Made by a program: the position numbers and the translations under genes | In this document: piece by piece, positions 38,323-47,777 of the stretch | Numbering within the stretch: the first letter of the stretch is position 1 | Layout: each line of letters opens with the position of its first letter | Notes under the pieces: model-generated | Database searches by the model: none | Seen by the model: only the letters and a program-made list of their open reading frames with translations | What the model was told of the DNA's origin: nothing | Source: Oligoflexia bacterium | GTDB lineage: Bacteria; Bdellovibrionota; Bdellovibrionia; JABDDW01 | Reading direction: 5' to 3' | Length of the DNA stretch: 64,000 nucleotides | NCBI GenBank assembly: GCA_043732305.1 | Contig: JAYTHU010000170.1 | Span: 32,001 to 96,000 of the forward strand

Positions 38323-39257
38323 AGTTCATATTCTCTTTATGCCTCCTAGTTGGAACTCACGCCCACGCGGAGATCATCGAATCTATAGTCGCAATTGTGA
38401 ATGGCAGTATCATCACCAAAACTGATGTTGTGAAATATCGCCAACGTCTAAAACAAGGAACAATTGTTGATGACCTTTTTGGCAATAGCATTGTCGACCT
38501 TTTAAAAAATGATAAACTTCTCCTCAATCAAATGATTGATGAAAAAGTTGTTGATGCCGAAGTTAAAAAACAAAATCTTTCCATCACCATGGATCGCGTT
38601 GAGCAAGAGATTAATTCGATTCAATCTCGAAATAATATTGCGCGGGAACAATTGATTGAAGCCCTGAAAAAAGAGGGCACTGACTTTTCAGAATATCAAG
38701 ACTTCATCAAACACCGTTTAGAACGCCAAGGCATAATCGAAAAAGTAATCACTTCAAAAATAAAAATCAGTGATGAAGACGTCGCTTCTTATTACGAAAA
38801 TAAAAATAAAAACATGAGCGCAAAAAGCTTTGAATTTAAAATCTCTCATATTTTGTTCAGACAAGGAAAGCGTCCCGATGACGTTCAACTTAAACGAGCA
38901 AACTCGGTAATGGCGCTGTTGAAAAGTGGAAAATCATTTGAAGAACTTGCTAGTCAGTACAGCGAAGATCCCAATTACAATGAAGGCGGACTTTTAGGAA
39001 CATTTAAAAGTGGCGAATTTTTCAAACCTCTAGAAGATGCCGCTCGAAATATTTCACCTGGCGAGTTTGCCGGACCAATCAAAACAAAACTCGGATATCA
39101 CATCATCAAACTACTTGAGCGCAAAGCTATAGCAGATCCTGATTTCGAAACTAAAAAAGAACCACTGCGTGGCGAACTTTACCAAACAGCTTTTGTTAAG
39201 CAGTTCCAGTTTTGGCTAGAGCAAAAGCGTCAAGAGTCCTTCATCAGGATCAACTGA
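38319..39257 (+). CDS. surA: SurA-like chaperone/PPIase
   Basis: IVAIVNGSIIT N-domain, SHILF, FEELASQYSED, GYHII; directly upstream of pdxA. Confidence 0.8.
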   Translation: MKFIFSLCLLVGTHAHAEIIESIVAIVNGSIITKTDVVKYRQRLKQGTIVDDLFGNSIVDLLKNDKLLLNQMIDEKVVDAEVKKQNLSITMDRVEQEINSIQSRNNIAREQLIEALKKEGTDFSEYQDFIKHRLERQGIIEKVITSKIKISDEDVASYYENKNKNMSAKSFEFKISHILFRQGKRPDDVQLKRANSVMALLKSGKSFEELASQYSEDPNYNEGGLLGTFKSGEFFKPLEDAARNISPGEFAGPIKTKLGYHIIKLLERKAIADPDFETKKEPLRGELYQTAFVKQFQFWLEQKRQESFIRIN

Positions 39258-40270
39258 TGCGCTCGACTTCACGCCCAGCGCTCCCTTCTCAGCTGCGACC
39301 ATTAAGGGTTGCGATCACAAGCGGTGACTCTCACGGGATTGGCCCGGAGGTTGTTTCTAAAGCGCTCCGCCGAATGGGGCCGCAAAAAAATGTACATTTC
39401 TTTCTGTGGAGAAATTCTGAGTTTCCTAAACGAGATTTTAGAAGAATCCAAAGAGAATTTAAAGTCATCACCGTTGGAAGTTGGGCCGAAGCACTAGCCC
39501 ACACCCCAAGCTCTCCGCGAGAACTTATTGATATCTGCGGAACAAGCAATTCTGCTTTGTGGGTAGAAGAAGCGGCACGCGGCTGTTACTTCAAGCATCT
39601 CGACGCACTTGCAACCGCCCCCCTTTCGAAACCTTCAATCAAAGAAGGTGGACTGAAAGATCTTGGGCACACCGAAATTTTGAAACGCGTGGCCCAAGTT
39701 AAAAATGCTTATATGGTTTTCTTGGGGGATAAATTCAATGTCTTCATAGCGACCGGCCATTTGCCTGTGAAAGATATTGCGGAAAAGATAACTAAAGAGA
39801 ACATCATGGAAGCATTGAGGCAAGCTCAAGACTTCACTCGAGTGCTCGCAAGCTATGATAAAAAAGGTGGAAGAAAACCTATCGGAGTTCTTGGACTTAA
39901 TCCGCACGCCGGAGATTCTGGACTCATCGGGCTGGAAGACGCTGAAATTATTTCGCCCCTCATTGAGTCCCTACCAAAAGATCCGTACAAATTAGTCGGT
40001 CCAATCGTTCCTGATGTGGCCTTCATGAAATCTCAGTGGGAAAAATATTCTCTCTACGTTGCCATGTATCACGACCAAGGATTGATTCCGTTTAAAACTA
40101 TTCATGGGCAAAACGGCGTGCATTTGACCTGGGGACTTCCTTTCATTAGAACAAGCGTGGATCACGGAACTGCTTTCGATATTGCGGGAAAAGACAAGGC
40201 TGACGAAACAAGTATGTACCTGGCTCTCAAGTGGGCCATCAAACTAGCAAAGGGATTTTATGAATCATGA
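39257..40270 (+). CDS. pdxA: 4-hydroxythreonine-4-phosphate dehydrogenase
   Basis: GDSHGIGPE, GHTE, GLNPHAG, AMYHDQGLIP, RTSVDHGTAFDIAGK. Confidence 0.93.
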   Translation: MRSTSRPALPSQLRPLRVAITSGDSHGIGPEVVSKALRRMGPQKNVHFFLWRNSEFPKRDFRRIQREFKVITVGSWAEALAHTPSSPRELIDICGTSNSALWVEEAARGCYFKHLDALATAPLSKPSIKEGGLKDLGHTEILKRVAQVKNAYMVFLGDKFNVFIATGHLPVKDIAEKITKENIMEALRQAQDFTRVLASYDKKGGRKPIGVLGLNPHAGDSGLIGLEDAEIISPLIESLPKDPYKLVGPIVPDVAFMKSQWEKYSLYVAMYHDQGLIPFKTIHGQNGVHLTWGLPFIRTSVDHGTAFDIAGKDKADETSMYLALKWAIKLAKGFYES

Positions 40271-41627
40271 TATTTTTAGAGAATATGATATCCGAGGCGT
40301 TGTTGGAAAAGATTTCGACACTCAATTTGCTTATGACTTGGGACGAGGCTACGGGACATATTTGAAAAAAAATAAAGAATCTGACAACGGAAAATACACA
40401 GTGTGTATTGGCAGAGACGCACGACTTTCTTCTCCAGAATTGAGTGAGGCCGTTGGACTTGGATTGGCCTCTACTGGAGTTGATGTTCTAACCTTGGGTT
40501 TAGTCACTTCACCACTTTGTTACTTTGGAACTTTTACTCTGCCCGTCCAAGGCGGAATCATGATTACCGGAAGTCACAATCCTCCAGAATACAATGGCTT
40601 TAAAATTAGCTTTGGTAGCAGTCCATTCTATGGCGAAGACATTCAGAAATTAAAAAATCTTATGATAAGTGGAGAATATATTAAGCCAGCAATCCCTGGA
40701 AAAATTTTAGATCACGATATTTTTCCTGCCTATTTAGAAAAATTTGGACGAGACGTGAAACTTAAGAAAAAAGTTCGCGTGGTCGTTGATTGTGGAAATG
40801 GCGCGGCGGGAGTTATTGTTCGCAAGCTCTATGAGCGCATGGGTATCGATTTTGAAATATTGTTTGAAAAACCAGATGGAAATTTTCCCAATCACCATCC
40901 CGATCCTACAGTGGAAGAAAATACGGTGGATCTGCGCAAACGAGTAAAAGACACCCATGCTGATGTAGGAATTGGTTTTGACGGAGATGCCGATCGTTTG
41001 GCGATTATTGATCATACGGGTCGCGCACTTTTTGGCGATGAACTGATGGTTATTTTTTCTCGTGCAGTCCTTGCCAATAATCCCGGAGCTACCATAATTG
41101 GAGATGTGAAGTGTTCAGATCGTCTTTACAATGACATCGCCAAGCACGGAGGCGTGCCTCTTATGTATAAAACTGGCCATAGCCTGATCAAAAATAAAAT
41201 GAAGGAAGTCCATTCGCCATTTTCTGGCGAGATGAGCGGCCACGTTTTCTTTGCTGACCGAAGCTATGGATACGACGATGCAGTTTATGCTGGTGCACGT
41301 TTTATTGAAATCATGTCCCAAAGTGGGAAAATGGTTCCAGAATTGCTTAAAGGTTTACCAATAGCATTCGCTACTCCAGAAATTCGCGTGGACACAACGG
41401 ACACCAAAAAAATCGAGATTGTTGCAAATATTAAAAAGAAATTTCCTGCAGGCGAATATAAAATCAACGAGATCGATGGAATTAGAATTTCCTTTGATGA
41501 TGGATTCGCATTAGTGCGTTCATCAAACACCCAGCCCGTTATTGTTATGAGATTTGAAGCAACGACTGAAAAACGTTTGCGAGAAATCCGCACTTTAGTA
41601 GAAAGTGCAGTTAAAGAGTACCTGTGA
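40260..41627 (+). CDS. Phosphomannomutase/phosphoglucomutase (AlgC-like)
   Basis: [35 protein letters not shown]. Confidence 0.93.
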   Translation: MNHDIFREYDIRGVVGKDFDTQFAYDLGRGYGTYLKKNKESDNGKYTVCIGRDARLSSPELSEAVGLGLASTGVDVLTLGLVTSPLCYFGTFTLPVQGGIMITGSHNPPEYNGFKISFGSSPFYGEDIQKLKNLMISGEYIKPAIPGKILDHDIFPAYLEKFGRDVKLKKKVRVVVDCGNGAAGVIVRKLYERMGIDFEILFEKPDGNFPNHHPDPTVEENTVDLRKRVKDTHADVGIGFDGDADRLAIIDHTGRALFGDELMVIFSRAVLANNPGATIIGDVKCSDRLYNDIAKHGGVPLMYKTGHSLIKNKMKEVHSPFSGEMSGHVFFADRSYGYDDAVYAGARFIEIMSQSGKMVPELLKGLPIAFATPEIRVDTTDTKKIEIVANIKKKFPAGEYKINEIDGIRISFDDGFALVRSSNTQPVIVMRFEATTEKRLREIRTLVESAVKEYL

Positions 41628-44296
41628 AACAAGAAGTGAAATCCGAAAACCCAGCAGTGATTAAACCGGTACCGAAGAAAAAACCAGCTTTCGTGGCTGG
41701 CCCGGCACCTGTGACGGTTTCTGATGGTGATCTGGATATTATTTCTGACTCTCACATTCTTATTCGCGGAGCCCGCGAACATAATCTGAAAAACATCAGC
41801 GTCGATTTACCACGCAACCAAATCAGCGTGATCACGGGATTAAGCGGTAGTGGAAAATCATCTTTGGCTTTTGACACAATTTACGCCGAGGGGCAAAGAC
41901 GCTACGTTGAAAGCCTTTCCAGCTACGCTCGGCAATTTTTGGAGCAACTGAAAAAGCCCGATGTTGATTCCATCACTGGACTTTCTCCCTCCATTAGTAT
42001 TGAGCAACAAACCACCGGTTCAAATCCTAGATCCACAGTTGGGACGGTTACTGAAATTTATGATTTCATGCGACTTCTTTTCGCACGAGTAGGTAAACCC
42101 GTTTGTTATATTTGCAAAAAACCTATTTCTGCCCAAAGCATCGATCAAATGATTGAAAAAATCATGACGCTTCCAGAAGACACAAAGATTCACCTGCTCG
42201 CGCCGATTATTCGTGGCAAAAAAGGCGAGTATTTAGCTGAGTTTAAAAAATGGATCAAGCAAGGGTTTGTCAGAGCCCGCATTGATGGTCAGACGCTTGA
42301 GTTAGCTCAAGCAAAGAAATTAGAAAAACAGAAAACTCACGACATCGATCTATTTATAGACCGTCTGATTATTAAAAATGGAATCAACGGACGTTTGCGC
42401 GAAGGCTTAGAAACCGCACTGCGTTTAGCAGATGGTATCGCCAAGATAGAAGTGGTAGGCAAGAAGAGTGAATTCATCACTCTTAGCAGTCAGTCGGCCT
42501 GTGTCGACTGTGGAATTAGTTACCCCGAGATTGAACCAAGATTTTTCAGCTTTAACAATCCCCGTGGAGCATGTCCTGAATGTAATGGCCTTGGATATTT
42601 ATCCGACAGTGATGAAGAAGACGACGATCATGATGAGCATAACTCTGACACTTCAGATGAAGACCATGAAGACGACGATGGTAAAAAAATCGTTTGTCCC
42701 CTCTGTGAGGGACAGCGTCTGCGCATTGAAGCTCGCCATGTCTGGGTCAATGATAAAAGTATCACTGAGCTTTCTCACATGCCCGCATCAGACTTAGGTA
42801 AATTCTTTTCTAAAGTGACATTCTCAAAACGAGACACAGAAGTAGGTTCAAAAGTTTTAAAAGAAATTATATCGCGTTTGGAATTTTTGACAAAAGTGGG
42901 AGTGGACTATCTTTCGATCGATAGACCCAGTAAAACTCTAAGCGGCGGCGAAAGTCAGAGAATAAAACTCGCATCGCAAATTGGTTCTTCACTTATTGGA
43001 GTTCTCTACGTTTTAGACGAACCTAGTATTGGTCTTCACCCTCGCGATCATTCAAGACTTCTAAAAACCTTACGAAATCTTTGCGAGATGGGAAACACCA
43101 TCTTGCTCGTCGAGCATGATGAAGAAACAATTTTATCCTCCGATTACGTTGTAGATTTGGGACCCGGCGCAGGAAAACATGGCGGTCAACTTTTAGCTGT
43201 GGGTACGCCCGATGAAATTAAAGCAAATAAGAACAGCATCACTGGCGCATTTTTGAGTGGAAGAAATTTTATCAAAGTTCCCCTGACGAGACGTTCCGGC
43301 AATGGGAAAATGATTTCGATTAAGGGAGCCAGTGGTAACAATCTAAAAAATATCGATTTCAACTTACCGTTGGGAACACTAACTGTTGTCACAGGCGTGA
43401 GTGGTAGTGGAAAATCAACAGTCATCATTGACACTCTCTACCGAATTTTGAGTCGAGACCTTTATAATTCTTCAGTCGAACCCTCACCGTATAAATCTAT
43501 TTCGGGTATTAGCGATATAGATAAAGTGATCGACATCGATCAAAGCCCCATTGGCAGAACTCCAAGATCTAATCCGGCAACTTACACCGGACTTTTCACT
43601 CTGATAAGAGATCTGTTCGCCATGCTGCCTGATTCTAAAATGCGCGGCTACAAACCAGGTCGATACAGCTTCAACGTCAAAGGGGGTCGCTGTGACACCT
43701 GCGAAGGCGCGGGTTTGGTCAAAATTGAAATGCATTTCATGCCGGACGTCTATGTTCTCTGCGACACTTGCATGGGAAAACGTTACAACCGTGAAACGTT
43801 AGAAGTGAAATTCAAAGACAAGAGCATTGCCGAAATATTGGCCATGAATGTTGAAGAAGCCCTTGAGTTTTTTGACAAAGTTCCTTTGATCAAAGCAAAA
43901 CTCTTCACTCTCAATGCGGTTGGCTTAGGTTATATTTCTCTTGGACAAAGTTCAACCACGCTAAGCGGTGGAGAAGCACAAAGAATTAAACTGAGCAAAG
44001 AACTTTCCAAGCGCAGTACCGGCCGCTCTCTATATATTTTAGATGAGCCCACAACTGGATTGCATTTTGAGGACGTTAAAAAACTGATTGAAATTTTGTC
44101 TATGTTGGTTGATCAGGGCAATACGGTGCTAGTGATCGAGCATAATTTAGACGTCGCAAAATCTGCAGATCATATTATCGATCTTGGACCTGAAGGCGGA
44201 AACGGCGGCGGATTCATTGTCGCACAGGGAACGCCAGAGCAAGTTTCCAAAGTAAAAGCCAGTCATACGGCGACTTTTCTTCGTCCGTTGCTTTAA
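41624..44296 (+). CDS. uvrA: Excinuclease ABC subunit UvrA (shortened insertion domain)
   Basis: [23 protein letters not shown], two LSGGE signatures, GVSGSGKS, zinc-finger Cys pairs. Confidence 0.96.
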   Translation: MKQEVKSENPAVIKPVPKKKPAFVAGPAPVTVSDGDLDIISDSHILIRGAREHNLKNISVDLPRNQISVITGLSGSGKSSLAFDTIYAEGQRRYVESLSSYARQFLEQLKKPDVDSITGLSPSISIEQQTTGSNPRSTVGTVTEIYDFMRLLFARVGKPVCYICKKPISAQSIDQMIEKIMTLPEDTKIHLLAPIIRGKKGEYLAEFKKWIKQGFVRARIDGQTLELAQAKKLEKQKTHDIDLFIDRLIIKNGINGRLREGLETALRLADGIAKIEVVGKKSEFITLSSQSACVDCGISYPEIEPRFFSFNNPRGACPECNGLGYLSDSDEEDDDHDEHNSDTSDEDHEDDDGKKIVCPLCEGQRLRIEARHVWVNDKSITELSHMPASDLGKFFSKVTFSKRDTEVGSKVLKEIISRLEFLTKVGVDYLSIDRPSKTLSGGESQRIKLASQIGSSLIGVLYVLDEPSIGLHPRDHSRLLKTLRNLCEMGNTILLVEHDEETILSSDYVVDLGPGAGKHGGQLLAVGTPDEIKANKNSITGAFLSGRNFIKVPLTRRSGNGKMISIKGASGNNLKNIDFNLPLGTLTVVTGVSGSGKSTVIIDTLYRILSRDLYNSSVEPSPYKSISGISDIDKVIDIDQSPIGRTPRSNPATYTGLFTLIRDLFAMLPDSKMRGYKPGRYSFNVKGGRCDTCEGAGLVKIEMHFMPDVYVLCDTCMGKRYNRETLEVKFKDKSIAEILAMNVEEALEFFDKVPLIKAKLFTLNAVGLGYISLGQSSTTLSGGEAQRIKLSKELSKRSTGRSLYILDEPTTGLHFEDVKKLIEILSMLVDQGNTVLVIEHNLDVAKSADHIIDLGPEGGNGGGFIVAQGTPEQVSKVKASHTATFLRPLL

Positions 44297-44300
44297 TTTA

Positions 44301-46826
44301 TTACTTTCCGCTTTCTTCGAGGTTGGGATCAACGTAAACTTCCGCCGGTTGGCGCTTAGCAATCTCATTCATAAAAAATTTCTTCTCAAATTTTTTGAAT
44401 GCCTCAAACTTGACATTCGTTCCCAGCTTATCTTTCATGAAGGCCACAGAATCAACTTCTGATTCCCGCATTTTTTTAATGTTCTGCTCTACGAAATCTG
44501 GGTTAATATTGTTTCTTTTATCAGAAAGCTCTTGAACCAAAGTTTTCTCTTTTGACAAAATTTCGATAGTTGTTTCTTCAGGAATTCTCCAGCTGTTGAA
44601 AAAATAATTACTGGCTTCTTTAACCCAACGAGACTGAATTTCTGAATCTCGATACAAGCTCACAAAATTTTTGGTGTAAATGATAGAGTCAGTATATGTA
44701 TCTCGAACTTCAGCATCTTGTGCCGGCTCAAATTTTCTCTCTTCGAGTTCACGCGCCCGTTGAATTTTCTGCTCTTCTAAAATACTCGCCATGCTTCGTT
44801 TCTGAGTCTGATCGTAAGCCAGATTAAAGGCGAAAGATCCCAATAAACCCGTCGCAATTGCTAATCCTATGAAACGCAATCGACGTTTCTTTTGACTTTG
44901 AGCGATCTCAGGCGAATTGTAATTAGTCATATGCGTTGATGTAGAAATGTTTGAGAGATTTTCAACAAACGCTGCTTCAATTTGAGGCAACAAATCATCA
45001 GAAAATTTCGCAAGCTCCACTTTTGTAATATAAGCAAGGGCAGTTTTCAAAACTTTGCTGTGCACATCATGAGAGATAGCATTTTGTTTGGCCTGCATTT
45101 CGCGCAGCATTATCTCTCGCAGTTGATTATTTTTTTCTATGTCGAGAAGCAAAGACTCTTGGAATTGCTTTTCGCGATCCTTCTTGAGATTTTCAAAATT
45201 ATCCACGAGGGATATCTTTTGCTCTTGAATTTTAAGATCATAAGATCTAGAAAGTTCTTTAATTTTTCCCTTATCTTCTTCTATTTTTAGTTGAAGATTA
45301 GCGGCGCGTTTCTCTAGCTGTACAGCCTCACCCTCAATCTTATGTTTCCGCTCATTTGCTTTTTCAAAGATCAAAATGGCGCCTTCATGTTCTTTTTCAG
45401 TCTTTGAGATCTTCGCGCTGAGATCAGTTATAAAGGATTTCTTCTCATCAAGTTGCCCGAGAGCAATTACTTTCTTTCTTTCGATTTCTTCAATCTGCAC
45501 TTTTAAACTTTGAGCGACTACTTCAAGCTCGTGGGTTTCGATCTTTTTTTGCTTCAATTCACTATCAACACGCAAACGCATCTCTTTCTCGCGCGACTGT
45601 TCCGTTTTTTCTAGCTCATGAAGGTGTGTTTTATAAATTTGCTCAAACTCATGTTCCTTTTTCTGAATTTCAATAATTTTTAACTCTTTGAGATGAGCAA
45701 TTTCTTTCGCTTGCTTTGCCAATTGAAATTCAGATTCTTCTACCCTTACTTTGATTTCATCTTCTTTGATTTCGATTTGTCTTTTTAATTCCAGTTCGTG
45801 CTGGCTAGCGAGGAGTGTCAACTCAGACTGCTTTTTCTTAACATCCAAATCTTTCTGTTGGGCCAATCGATCAACTTCTTTTTGTATGTCTAAAAGTGCG
45901 TCTTCAAGTGCAGCACGCTTTTTATCCATTTCTTTGCTAAGTTCATTATCTTTGGTGTTTCTAAGCGTATTAATCTCGCCGTGCCTTCGTTCGATCTCGT
46001 CAAGCAAGCCTGCATGATTTACCTTGAGTTCGGCTTCGGCTTTTAACATGTAGTCCGCTTTTATTTTTTCGGCGTCTTTTTCGGCTTGAGCAATAGAATC
46101 TTTGGTCGCTTTTAAACCGAACTTAATATTCATTTGAACAATGTCTTCTGCTTTTTTCTCGGCATCTTTAATTATCGTTTCGGCTAAAATCGTAGATGTT
46201 TTTTTCGATTCTAACGAAAGCGCGTCCCCTTTAGCGCGAGCTTCCTGCAAAAACTCAGCAGCTCGAATTTCACCTGATTTTTTAATATCATCGGCCAATA
46301 CTTTCGTATCCAGATCAAACTTTGCTAGTCTCTCTTCCATGCCCCGTGCTAATTTGTCATTATGTTCTTGAGCCAACAGACTGACTCGGTTTGCTTGCTG
46401 ATTTGCACCCTTGATCATTTCTTTCAAAGCTTCTTTTTCAACTTCTGGAAGAAGGGAGTTTGCGATATCTTTTTCATTAAAAAGTTTTTCGAAAACTTCT
46501 ACTTTCAGGCGAATTTCGGTACTTCCGAGCTTGATCACATCGTTCGATTCAATCTGAATTGTCTTTTTGGGTTCTACTTTTGTGTTATTAATGAACGTGC
46601 CATTGGCAGAACCTTGATCAGTCATCATAACGTGTCCGTCTTTCACGTGAAAAATCACGTGAACACGACTCATGCTCGGTTCAGGAAATGGCATAGTGCA
46701 ATCAGGCGAACGGCCAATGCTAAATGATTTGCCGTCAACAATTCGCTTATAGGTTTCTGTAGTGTCTTGAACAGTCACCAAGAAAGAAGTAAAATATTTT
46801 TTACCTTTAAGAAAATCTAAACCCAT
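44301..46826 (-). CDS. FHA domain + long coiled coil + single TM + C-terminal extracytoplasmic domain protein
   Basis: IGRSPDC...MSRVH...SANGT FHA motifs; roughly 500 aa of K/E-rich heptads; KKRRLR then FIGLAIATGLLGSFAF TM. Confidence 0.85.
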   Translation of the reverse strand: MGLDFLKGKKYFTSFLVTVQDTTETYKRIVDGKSFSIGRSPDCTMPFPEPSMSRVHVIFHVKDGHVMMTDQGSANGTFINNTKVEPKKTIQIESNDVIKLGSTEIRLKVEVFEKLFNEKDIANSLLPEVEKEALKEMIKGANQQANRVSLLAQEHNDKLARGMEERLAKFDLDTKVLADDIKKSGEIRAAEFLQEARAKGDALSLESKKTSTILAETIIKDAEKKAEDIVQMNIKFGLKATKDSIAQAEKDAEKIKADYMLKAEAELKVNHAGLLDEIERRHGEINTLRNTKDNELSKEMDKKRAALEDALLDIQKEVDRLAQQKDLDVKKKQSELTLLASQHELELKRQIEIKEDEIKVRVEESEFQLAKQAKEIAHLKELKIIEIQKKEHEFEQIYKTHLHELEKTEQSREKEMRLRVDSELKQKKIETHELEVVAQSLKVQIEEIERKKVIALGQLDEKKSFITDLSAKISKTEKEHEGAILIFEKANERKHKIEGEAVQLEKRAANLQLKIEEDKGKIKELSRSYDLKIQEQKISLVDNFENLKKDREKQFQESLLLDIEKNNQLREIMLREMQAKQNAISHDVHSKVLKTALAYITKVELAKFSDDLLPQIEAAFVENLSNISTSTHMTNYNSPEIAQSQKKRRLRFIGLAIATGLLGSFAFNLAYDQTQKRSMASILEEQKIQRARELEERKFEPAQDAEVRDTYTDSIIYTKNFVSLYRDSEIQSRWVKEASNYFFNSWRIPEETTIEILSKEKTLVQELSDKRNNINPDFVEQNIKKMRESEVDSVAFMKDKLGTNVKFEAFKKFEKKFFMNEIAKRQPAEVYVDPNLEESGK

Positions 46827-46829
46827 ACA

Positions 46830-47741
46830 TTAAGAAGCTTTCGCTTTTTTAACCAAACTGATTTCAACTTGTTGGTTAACGGCCTTTTCGGCCAAGGCTT
46901 CAATAGGATCTTTATGTTCATCAAAAGATCCTTCATTTTTAGGATAATTGTTATTGTCAGCGCGATACCACAAGAGGTCCAGGCTGCTTTCGAAACTATC
47001 AACCATAGAGACATAAACTCGCTCTGGTGAAAAAACTGTATTCCACATATGCATAACTAGTGAAAATGAAATTCCAAAAATAGAGCTATGCATAGCAAAC
47101 GCTATTTCATTTAGAAAGCGATCCATAATATTTTTTGTATTGTCGAGATCATTCATGTTCATACCGCCCAATTCGGGCAGACCTTTTGATATCCCGATAA
47201 AAGTTCCCAAAATTCCTGCAACGACAAAAAGGCCGGGTAGAATACTCACAACATCATTCACCGAGGCAATAGGAAGAACGCCAAAGATGCGATTGAAACA
47301 AGGGTTATGTTGAAAAGTAGATTTTGTAATATTCAAAAGTTTCGGATTGCCTTTTGTCCATTTCAAAAATTTAAGTTGCTTTAGGATATCTTTGACAAGC
47401 CAGGCACAGCCTTGTTTAACCAAAAATACGCGATCACTCAGCGTCATGATAGGATCATTAGTACGAAGCTTTTTGCGGTCACGCATTTCAAAAGATTCAT
47501 AATAAGCGCGCTCTAAAATTCTTTTGGCGAGGGAATAAAACGAAACATCAGCGACATCGCCGGGCGTTTCAGATTCCATAAATTTACTGACTCGTCTTTC
47601 AAACTCACGAGCAAACCATTCATGTCGCTTCACAGTGTAATACATCATGAAACGGACAAAACATCCGAGGGCAAATATGGTGCCCATAATCCATGGCAGA
47701 ATTACAATGAACGAGTCGGCGAATCCTTTTGTTACTTCCAT
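46830..47741 (-). CDS. MotA/TolQ/ExbB/ZorA-type channel subunit
   Basis: N-terminal TM, soluble loop, then LPGLFVVAGILGTFIGI and IAFAMHSSIFGISFSL, matching the GxxGT...AxxTT/TS signature pair. Confidence 0.75.
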   Translation of the reverse strand: MEVTKGFADSFIVILPWIMGTIFALGCFVRFMMYYTVKRHEWFAREFERRVSKFMESETPGDVADVSFYSLAKRILERAYYESFEMRDRKKLRTNDPIMTLSDRVFLVKQGCAWLVKDILKQLKFLKWTKGNPKLLNITKSTFQHNPCFNRIFGVLPIASVNDVVSILPGLFVVAGILGTFIGISKGLPELGGMNMNDLDNTKNIMDRFLNEIAFAMHSSIFGISFSLVMHMWNTVFSPERVYVSMVDSFESSLDLLWYRADNNNYPKNEGSFDEHKDPIEALAEKAVNQQVEISLVKKAKAS

Positions 47742-47777
47742 TTCCTGTCCCCTTATCTAGATGTAAACTTGAAATAC

